From: Hormiphora californensis | Taxonomy: Eukaryota > Animalia > Ctenophora | DNA: 64,000 nt | Assembly (NCBI GenBank): GCA_020137815.1 | Contig: CM035362.1 | Coordinates: 3,038,001-3,102,000, forward strand | Reading direction: 5' to 3' | Shown: positions 54,801 through 64,000 of the stretch, one piece after another | How the letters are laid out: the number at the start of each line of letters is the position of its first letter | Position numbering within the stretch: the stretch's first letter is position 1 | Made by a program: the position numbers and the translations under genes | The notes under the pieces: generated by a model | Seen by the model: only the letters and a program-made list of their open reading frames with translations | The model's database searches: none | Told to the model about the DNA's origin: nothing

Positions 54801-55916
54801 ATCTTATTGGATGATAAGACAAGCATCGTGGGATCGGATTGGTCGCGGCCTGGCAACAATGATACTTCTTCCTCCCTGTGTGTGTCATGTCATAACCTAC
54901 AATGCAGGTGTGATAGCAGACCACCTCACCATGGAAACCATGATCAACACCATGGAAACCATGATCAACACCATGGATCACGTGATTACCATGGACCACG
55001 TGATCGACACCATGGAAACCGTGATCAACACCATGAATCACGTGATCAACACCATGGACCACGTGATTACCATGGATCACGTGATCACCATGAACCACGT
55101 GATCAGCTTGGACCGCTGCCACATCAGGGTGATCATGGCAGATTTGGACCAGGACAGTATCAGGACAATAAAATCATCAGACAGTCGCATGTTGGGGATT
55201 ATCTGAGACAAGGAGATGTGAGACACGGTGGTGATGTGAGACAAGGTGGTGATTTGAGACGCGGTAACAATGATGTGAGGTACGGTGGTGATTTGAGACA
55301 AGGTAACGATGATGTGAGGGGATCAAATCAACTTGGCGATGGCTGTCATGGTGACATGAGGGTACGAATAACTCAACTAAGACGAAGTTATGAACGGTTG
55401 CCCCGGGTTACGGAACAATTAAACAACTCCTATTCAGGCCAGGAACAACACGCTATGAAATCACCCTCCCGTCATAGTGGGAGAATCTTTAGAAGTCGGA
55501 GAATGGAACTGGCCAGCGGGTTTTATGTAACTGATCACACCCCACCCAACGGTTACTATGGCAACAAAGGGAGGGATTCCCCCAACGGTTACTATGGCAA
55601 CAAAGGGAGGAATTCCCCTAACGGTTACTATGGCAACAAAGGGAGGAATTCCCCTAACGGTTACTATGGCAACAAAGGGAGGAATTCCCCTAACGGTTAC
55701 TGTGGTAACAAAGGGAAAGATTCCCCAAAACCGCTGTGTAGAGACTGTCGGCGAGCCATTGACGACTGTCCCTCAGAGAGATCAAGGAAGGAAATCCTCT
55801 CTAAACTACCCCCTAAAAGTGTGGTCCTAAATCCGTGGAAAACGGTCCTCAGCCAGCTTGATTGTCAAAATAGGAACCAAGTCTTTGAAGCGATCATGCA
55901 AATTTTAAACGAGTAA
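45802..55916 (+). CDS. Large (~2,090 aa) low-complexity, repeat-rich protein of unknown function. Exons 45802 (or 45649)-50463, 50794-50945, 54039-54117, 54549-55916
   Basis: A 4.8-kb open frame joins in phase (0/2/0) through GT-AG introns to the 389-aa ORF. It contains SxIP motifs, WSEKDNSK x~7, PLPQQQ x~16, a CxxC..CxxC motif, His-rich heptads and SPNGYYGNKGR x5. Confidence 0.75.
51109..53942 (+). mobile_element. piggyBac-derived element (TTAA TSD, TIR CCCTTTGAGGACCA) with an internal inverted duplication of the transposase 3' half
   Basis: ttaa|ccctttgaggacca ... tggtcctcaaaggg|ttaa. Transposase remnants (YADNYFST, KWIDNK, YNAYMGGVDLHDR, C-terminal Cys-rich domain) lie on + at ~52450-53100 and on - at ~52450-51750. 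A subterminal palindrome TGGGTCATATATGACCCA recurs about 7 times. Stops and frameshifts make it non-autonomous. Confidence 0.92.
54091..54365 (+). repeat. Tandem duplications of the exon 3 end and splice donor (..agcaaccag|gtaatg / gtgagt), about 8 copies
   Basis: The unit agcaaccaggt(a/g) repeats immediately after the exon ending at 54117. Confidence 0.85.
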
Positions 55917-57300
55917 CATGTGGCGGTTTTTATTGTGTTATTATACTGCTTATGATGTAAGTTATGATATGTTTACAACGCTAAATTAATTTTTGCGTGA
56001 TCTTGTATCCTTCTACTTTAATTTCATCCATCACCAACCGTTATAACATACACTCCCTGAGGTTTCAGTGCTAAATATCCATCCCATATAATATTATCTG
56101 CACTCTGAAAGCTGGTTTTAGCTTCGGATGCAGTGACTGACTGCATCAACGCAATGCCTGATTACCCTCATCGCGATGCCTTACAGGTAGTTTTAGAAAT
56201 CTCTCTTACAGTAGTTTTAGAAATCTCTTTAAAATGCGCCACATGGCTTCGTGACGTGGCACCATATATATGACAGCCATGTAGTATTACTGGGGTCACA
56301 CGACTAGCTCTGATCTAGATCAACGTACCACCACGTGTGTCCCTTGAAGCTACTGTCCCCACGGCCCACACACCGGGTACATGCAACGAGCGCTCTATTA
56401 CAGTTGTGCAGCTGCAGGAGCTGGAGAGGGTTTTAACGCGTATACCAGGAACTGACCGAATCAGGAAATACTGGTCCCTGATTGTCACGTGACCTAAATA
56501 ACGAGTTTTTATTGGCTGTTTAATTGTTTCGGTCGGTTCCTGGCATATAGAGCACACGTAGTTTTAGGGATCAAGACATATTTGGGACCGTCTAGTAGTT
56601 TAGAGTGAATAGAACACGCTATCGTCGGAGAGTACCGTTTTTTTGACTGCAGGAACCGACTGAAACAAGTAAACAACCAATCAGAACTCGATATTTAGGT
56701 CACGTGACTGGTTATCAGCCAATCAGGGACCAGTATTTCCTGATTCGGTCGGTTCCTGGTTGACATGTAGCCGTATAGGCAATCATTCAGCTACGACAGG
56801 TGCAAGAACCGGCAGACTGGTAACGTCAACATTTTTTGCTTCATAGCACAAAAAAGCAGCTTAGGTATTTCCCCATTACATAATCAATACAATCTCATAG
56901 CAAGTAAGACAAAGATCAATTATATATGGAGTGGCTGTCCTGACGACGTTGTGCTGGCGAAATGTGGAAAACATGAGGAAAAATACATGTGGAAAACATG
57001 AGGACTCTCTCGTATCTGGGTGGGTAGCTATGATTTGTAGTTGACCTTTTAGTTATTTGTCCATGTTTTCTTATGACTAGATACTGTCCGATGGAAAGAG
57101 AAGGTAGAATTTGTCAGGCACTAAGATCAAGAGTAACATTGCGCCCATTGGCCACTGCGGAGAGGACAGTCTTATATGAGATAAATAGTAGAATATAATG
57201 TTATAGAATCATGAGTGCTAAAGTGATGGTGAAATTTCTCTTAGGGATTCAGGGATTGGAATTTTTTAAATGATTTAAATTTAATAATGCATTCAATTTA

Positions 57301-60300
57301 TTATCGAATATATAGATTGCGGAAAGCCTTGACGCAAGATCGTTCACCGTTGGGTGATTTCTTGAACTGCCTTCCCTTTCGGAGAGTGAACTTAGCGGGA
57401 CTCTCCCAGTGCATCCTCTCCCAGGTGACACCGCCGCAATCTGCAAATAGAATAGTGTTACGAAATCTGCAGGAGGAATTGAATTATTATAACAATTCTC
57501 GTTCATCTCGTGGGGTGGGCCACGCCACACAATGGTTAAATTTGAAAAGGGTTTGACTCGAGAGAATTCGTTTCTGTGTAACATATTACAACGAACCTTT
57601 GACAGCATATTACACTAATTGTCCAGGGCCGGCACCACTCCTTCCCCTGTAACGTAGCCTCCCCTGTAACGTGGTACCACTTTTTTCCAGGACTTCTCAC
57701 CGCTGGGTGAATCCCTGAACTTCCTTTCCTTTCGGAGAGTGTATTTATTAGCCGCCCAGTGCAATTTCTCCCAGGTGACACCACTGCAATCTGCAACAAA
57801 TAGAATAGTTTTACGAAATCTGAAAATAGAACAACAGTGTTACGAAATCTGCAAGAGGAATTGATTATGAATTAAGTTATTATAGTTTCAACAATTCTCG
57901 TTCATTATGGAAGGACTCATGCCGTTCATTATGGAAGGACTCATGCCGTGTTCGACACTCTCTCCCCATAATGGCTAAGTTTAACAAGAATTATTGCATT
58001 ATGTATTCATAATGCGGTGTTTCCCTGCCCTCCGTCGACAGGATCAGTATCACACTATCAGTATCACAATATCAAGGCTTGGTCACAATGTGAGATGCAT
58101 GCGTCCTGTATGTATGCAGTTACACAGCTGTTTTACTCTACCCTCACCCCTTCAGCAACAGTGTTGTGAGCGCCGCACACAGCTTTGAAAAATAAGCGTC
58201 CTGACATCATATTTCATCAAAACAGTTATTTGATTTTATGAAGGAGCAGTTACTATGCTGCTACCGTGACACACGCGATTTTGACCACGCTCGAGTTACT
58301 ATTTCAAATCCGAGATTTCTAAACCCTTTATGATCTTTTTAGCACACGTGCTAAAACGATCATCCGGGTGGATGCCCTTCGGGCATCCACCCGGGCAGGG
58401 AAAAAATAGAAAAGGATTTGACTTGGGAGACAGGGAATTCGTCTGTAATATTACAACAACGAACCTTCTACAACATTACACTTCTCCTGGGCCTCTTCAA
58501 GAGTTTCAAAACCCTGACGTTTGTCTCCTGCATAACCGGACAAGTATGCTCCATCCTTTGCCCTGTAACGGGGTCCGCGTGCATCACTGTTTCCACCACT
58601 TGGTACCCTGATAGGGATCACTTTCTTCCAGGACTTATCACCGAAGATGGAATTCTGGAACTTCCTATACTTTCGGAGAGTGTATTTATTAGCCGCCCAG
58701 TGCAATTTCTCCCAGGTGACACCACTGCAATCTGCAACAAATAGAATAGTTTTACGAAATCTGAAAATAGAACAACAGTGTTACGAAATCTGCAAGAGGA
58801 ATTGATTGTGAATTAAGTTATTATAGTTTCAACAATTCTCATTCATTATGGAAGGACTCATGCCGTTCATTATGGAAGGACTCATGCCGTGTTCGACACT
58901 CTCTCCCCACAATGGCTAAGTTTAAAAAAAAATGGGAGACAGGGAATTCGTGTGTAATATTACAACAACGAACCTTCTACAACATTACAGTTCTCCTGGG
59001 CCTCTTCAAGGGTTGTAAAACCATAGCGTTTGCCTCCTGCATATTCGGGAAGTTTGACTCCATCCTTTGCCCTGTAACGGCGTCCATCACTGCGTCCCTT
59101 GGTAATTTTCTTCCAGGATTTGTTACCGTTGGGTGATTCCTTGAACTTCCTTCCCTTTCGGAGAGTGAACTTATCGGGACTCTCAAAGTGCATCCTCTCC
59201 CAGGTGACACCACCACATTCTGCAAAATGTTGTTGATTGGGAAATATGATTTAGGCCTGTCAAAACGTGTCGAAATTTGGCCAAACCTAGAAGTCACTAG
59301 AGGCAAGCCAATTCCGGTTGTAAATCCTAGGTATAGGCCCCCTGAACATAAAAAACCAAAATTTCAGTCTTAATTATTTGGGGGAAGGTGTGTAATTAGC
59401 CCCTAATTGATTGGTAATTGCAAATAAGGGAAGAAAAACTGTATCTACCCTTAGGAAAGGAGTAGAGACAAAATTAAGGACCAAAGTGTTCAGCGTCCTC
59501 GCATTAGTGGGGGTAGGTGCTGGAATTAAGTCTCTATCTCATCTGGTTAATTGGATAATTAGGTATGACATAGCCGTTTGCTGACCATATGGCTATAGCC
59601 ATGTTAGGAAAGGAGTAGAGACAAAACTAAGGGCACTAAAATGATCAGCGTCCTCGAATTAGTGGGGGTAGGTGCAAAAATTAAGTTTCTATCTGGTCGC
59701 GATAATTAGTTAATTGGATAATTAGGTGAGTGAACAACCGTTTTTGGCCATATGGCTATAGCCACTTAGGAATGGTTTAGAGACTTTTCATTGGTGCCAT
59801 TTTGTAGGCAATAGCCAAGTTATGGGGGGGGGGGGGGTCGATGTCGGACTTCTAAGCTCTATCTTCAACCGTTTAGCCGTTATTTGCATTCAAAGGTGCT
59901 CAAAATGAGCAAAAAATGGCAATAAGTCTGATTTTGAGCCTCTTTGTGGATCTTTGAATCTAAATAACGGCTAAACGGCTGGAGATAGAGCTTAAAAGTC
60001 CGACCATGACCCCCCATAAGTTGGCTATTGCCTACAAAATGGCACCAATGAAAAGTCTCTAAACCATTCCTAAGTGGCTATAGCCATATAGCCTAAAAAC
60101 GGTTATGCACAAACCTAATTATCCAATTATCTAATTAACCGGATGAGATAGAGACTTAATTTCAGCACCTACCCCCACTAATTCGAGGACGCTGATCATT
60201 TTAGTGCCCTCGGTTTTGTCTCTACTCCTTTCCTAACATGGCTATAGCCATATGGCCAGCAAACGGCTATGTCATACCTAATTATCCAATTATCCAATTA

Positions 60301-60926
60301 ACCAGATGAGATAGAGACTTAATTCCGGCACCTACCCCGACTAATGCGAAGACGCTGATCACTTTGGTGTCCTTAATTTTGTCTCTACTCCTTTCCTAAG
60401 GGTAGATACAGTTTTACTTCCCTTATTTGCAATTACCAATCAATTAGGGGCTAATTACACACCTTCCCCCAAATAATTGAGACTGACATTTTGGTTTTTT
60501 TTGTTCAGTGGGCCTATACCTAGGATGTACAACCGGAATTGGCTTGCCTCTAGTGAGTTCTAGGTCGAAACACGTTTTGACAGGCTTAATTGGGAAATAT
60601 TAGTAAATCGGTATGTATAATGGTACATTTAGGGACGATTACTTAGTGATAGGTCAGCTTCGCGTAGCGGGCTGAGAGGTGACGGCGCCACCAACTATTT
60701 AGGGAAGGCTATGACTAAAAATAATTCAATCACTCCAGAACAATCATAACTCACCCTTGCCCATCTTGTTACAGGCCTGTCGGGCCGCCTCTAGGCTCGT
60801 GAAGCCTTCCCTCTTTCCACCGGCGTAACCGGCCAGGTACTTTCTATTGTCTCCGAAATAATAAGTAGAACGTCGTGCGGTGACAGCCGCGATCAGGGCG
60901 ATCAGAAGGACCACCAAGAATTTCAT
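57301..60926 (-). CDS. Secreted basic tandem-domain protein A. Exons 60926-60755, 59219-58974, 58731-58465, 57790-~57597 (degenerate, in-frame TAG) and 57440-57301
   Basis: Signal peptide MKFLVVLLIALIAAVTA, then a repeated module YLxGYAGGKRxGFxTLEEAxxxCNxxx|xCGGVTWExxH...K[FY]TLRKGRxFxxSPxGxxSWKK. All introns are phase 1. Confidence 0.82.
57989..58407. mobile_element. Helentron/HINE-like element, copy 2, inserted in intron 3 of secreted gene A
   Basis: Same ends as 10871-11507. It is absent from the otherwise near-identical intron 2 (58732-58973). Confidence 0.65.
59250..60590. mobile_element. ~1.3-kb foldback element (arms ~640 bp, with internal ~140-bp sub-repeats) in intron 1 of secreted gene A
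   Basis: ttaggcctgtcaaaacgtgt... at the left end is the reverse complement of ...acacgttttgacaggcttaa at the right end. It is absent from the homologous intron of paralogue B. Superfamily not assigned. Confidence 0.8.
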
Positions 60927-61409
60927 CTAGTTTGGGAAGTAAACGTGCTGTTATTTCTATTACATATTATATGTATAAGCTCCCAAAGAGAATCAGTAAC
61001 GCCAGCACCATGATAATGAGACCGTTATAACAAATAACTGCTTAAAAGTCCTCTGCATGGTTGAAGGTTGATTGCGATCAGCTTGTTTTGTTCAAACCGG
61101 GGTGCGGGGAGGGAGGGTCGAACAAGGCAAGGATCAGCTACTCGAGGCTTTTATCCCTACCACCACACCGGATAAAGACAGCTTATACGCTGAGCTGGGG
61201 GACTAATAATCATATTATTTTTATTATATAATTTTTATTATTATATCATACTAGTATTATTATTAATAGTATATAATAAATAGAATTCTAACATAGTGAA
61301 TAATTCACTATGGTAGAATTTTTTCAGGTTATTAGGAGGCAACATGGAAAATGTATAATCAAAGCTTTATTGATCTCTCTCATATAGCGCTCTCTTTCTT
61401 TCCTTCAGT

Positions 61410-61482
61410 ACCTTGATATCCTGGAGCGGGATCAGGAATAGTCAACCACTGTCGCCCCGGTAACACTCCCCGACCTATTTAG
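61410..61482 (-). promoter_or_regulatory. Putative TATA-like (TAAATAG) + Inr promoter and non-coding exon 1 of secreted gene A
   Basis: On the minus strand: TAAATA at ~61481, CAGT ~30 nt downstream and a donor AAG|gtac at ~61410. The acceptor ..ctag abuts the ATG at 60926. Confidence 0.45.
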
Positions 61483-63148
61483 GGCCGGAAAGTGGCTAAG
61501 AACAGTATCCGCGACCACACTTTGCGTACATGGCAACATATCAGCATCCCTAGGCATTGTGTTACATTAAACATCTACCTCTATTATAATAAACCATGCA
61601 CTTCACTCTTTCGATGATGCATATAATACTTCTCTCTTTAACATTCCGCTCACTTCTCCCCTCTAACCGTTTAGAGAGACCACCCACTTTATACCCTCCC
61701 GACCTCCCAGCCTTGGTTCGGAGTAAAGTAATCCAAGCATGCACCTCCGACCCGAAAAAAAAAGTAAAAAATGACAAAAAAAACATTCTCATTTTACTCA
61801 TGCTCAGGGGTGCTACCCTATTTAAGTGCAGGCATGCGTTGTGCAGGCATGAGTTGTGATATGTGATTGTATAGTTTGGGATCTACGTGCGATATTTTTG
61901 GTAGTTGGAGCGATCAGAGCGTCGGAAGATTGAAGAATACTTTAGTGTGGGTGATACCCCGAGACTACAACAGTTACGAACCCGGTGAAGTGTGGGGACC
62001 CATGTGTTTTACGATTTCCTGGGTGACGAACCCGCAATCTGAACGATCCTATAGATTATAGATAATCGTCCACCTACCTACCATATAAAGATCACCCCTG
62101 CACCGGGATTGGTGATGAAATCCCCTACAGTGCAGTAGGGGTGACCACCGGGAGTACATGGTTAGCGATAAACTTAGTGACTGTACCCCACAATTTGTGT
62201 GCAGTGTGCGTGATGTCGTGATATATATGAGATGACACACGTCAGTCAAACCTCGATTTATACCGAACTCTTTTCGAGGGAATGCCATTTTAGATAAATT
62301 TTAGATAAATCGGGGTGCCCGGTATGTCGGGGTGATATATTTTTGATCAGCCTTTAGAAATCTAAGTTTCATGCCATATAAAGCAGTTTCAATGACACAC
62401 TAAGCTTTGCTTTGCCTTGTTCGACCCTCCTTCCTCGCTTTGTATAGCATGTTGGTACTTGACGTGTCTTTATTTTACCACGTCTGTCTGAATAGCAGTG
62501 TGCTAAAAACAGCTGCTACGATCTGTATGCAGCTTACTCCGCGGTGAGCTGCGTTATGAGCATGGCACGAGTTGTAGGAATTCAATGAGGCGGTCGGTCG
62601 CCCCTCCCCCCCGTCGGTCAACACGGCTGTATTATCATTTACCAGCTCCTAGCCTTGGGGACTCAACATGATTCAATGATGCATCGCTAAACAATATCAA
62701 CTATCCAAACTCATTTCATTATTGTATATAGTAATTAGTATATTACTATTAAACCCGTTCGCCCTTCGGGCGAATTTGGGGGAAATGATAGCTGGATTAG
62801 GGAACACTGACATCACCAGTCGAACTGTTGACATGCACTATCCCATCTTAAGATACGGTACCGTAAAAGGAGCTCAGGCAAGATCGCTTACTATTTCGTC
62901 TGTTTGCAGTATTCAATAATCTCTGAGATTGATCATCGGTTCTCTTTACCTCCAACGTCTTGTTCGTTCTCTCTGCACTTCCTTTGGTGTTTGAGTACTC
63001 AACAAATCGTTAGTACGTTAGTGATGGTGAAATTTCTCTTAGGCATTCAGGGATTCAACAAATAAATACAAGACAAACTTAGTTAATACGAAAACTTAAA
63101 TCGTAAAAAATGTTTATGAATTCAATTTGTTATCAAATATAGATTGGC

Positions 63149-63712
63149 TTAAGCCTTGACCCAAGATTTTTCACCGGAGGGAGATTTCTTGAACTGCTTT
63201 CCCCTTCGGAGGGTGAATTTGGCGGGACTCTTGTGCTTCTTCTCCCAGGTGACACCACCACAATCTGCAAATAGGACAGTGTTACGAAATCTGCAGGAGG
63301 AAGAATTAAGTAATAAGTTTCTTAATTAACGAGAGTAAGGTATTTTTTATTATAATTTCAACAATAATTCTCGTTCATGATAGGGGCCGATTAAAAAATA
63401 AAGAGGACGTTTGACTTAGGAGGAAAGGAATTTATTTTTGTGTATTTAACGAACCTTTGACAACATTACACTTGTCCAGGGCCTGTTTAAGAGTTTTGAA
63501 ACCATGGCGTCTGCCTCCTGCATAACCGGCCAAGTAGACTCCGTTCCTTCCCCTGTAACGGGGTCGGCGTCCACCACGGCGTCCACGCTTGGGAGGGGCC
63601 ATTTTCTTCCAGGATCTCTCACCGGAGGGGGATTTCTTGAAGGTATTGCCCTTACGGAGAGTGAACTTGTCAGGTCCCTTGTGCTTCTTCTCCCAGGTGA
63701 CTCCACCACAAG
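63149..63712 (-). CDS. Paralogue B of the secreted tandem-domain protein (last two exons, 63712-63455 and 63264-63149; the first coding exon lies beyond the window end)
   Basis: ACGGVTWEKKHKGPDKFTLRKGNTFKKSPSGERSWKK...YLAGYAGGRRHGFKTLKQALDKCNVVK|DCGGVTWEKKHKSPAKFTLRRGKQFKKSPSGEKSWVKA*. The window's last ~40 nt match the intron sequence next to exon 1 of gene A (60710-60744). Confidence 0.82.
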
Positions 63713-64000
63713 CTGCAAAATTTTGTTGATTAACAATTAATTATGTATATGATTGGGAAATATTAGGGAATATTAGGGAACTGGAAAAATTATTTTTAGA
63801 CGCAACAACAGTCAAGAAGGATTTTGTTTAACCAGAGATGTTAACCCCTCGTAATATGTCTCCCATTTTTATAATATATTATAAAAATGGGAGACATATT
63901 ACGAGGGGCAATCACTAAGTGATACCAGAATCGTTATTCGTTATTTAGGCCGGAAGTCATGCCTATGACAAAAAAGTAATTCAATCACTCCAGAACAATG

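Noticed and set aside
54622-55206. Overlapping antisense and alternative-frame ORFs across the His-rich repeat
   Set aside because: A by-product of a 21-bp coding repeat that lacks stops in other frames; no independent evidence of coding.

Overview
Animal genomic DNA with introns, microsatellites and MITEs. It is most likely from a ctenophore, probably Pleurobrachia; this is inferred from the 109-bp CAGGAACCGACCGA interspersed repeat, the innexin and the LDLa-GPCR, not from a search. Genes built by hand from ORFs and GT-AG junctions: a tight minus-strand run of class II CPD photolyase, a divergent Arf-like gene, EMC6, DNLZ and an unidentified gene, with the EMC6 stop and DNLZ start 1 nt apart; a glypican with 11 or more exons; a 10-exon innexin; a small secreted prepropeptide-like gene; an intronless LDLa + 7TM GPCR; ARF1; SSR3 (TRAP-gamma); a ~2,090-aa low-complexity orphan whose intron 2 holds a piggyBac derivative folded into a ~1-kb transposase hairpin; and two tandem paralogues of a basic protein made of exon-duplicated ~75-aa CxxxxxCGGVTW modules (signal peptide seen in copy A). 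Mobile DNA includes a hAT-type MITE (about 11 copies), Tc1/mariner MITEs, a Chapaev-like foldback element, Helentron/HINE-like and Helitron-like pieces, and several minisatellites. Two blocks (~14.4-16.5 kb and ~39.6-41.6 kb) look like low-quality base calls, and several genes carry single-base indels that are probably sequencing errors. No rRNA, tRNA or CRISPR array is supported.
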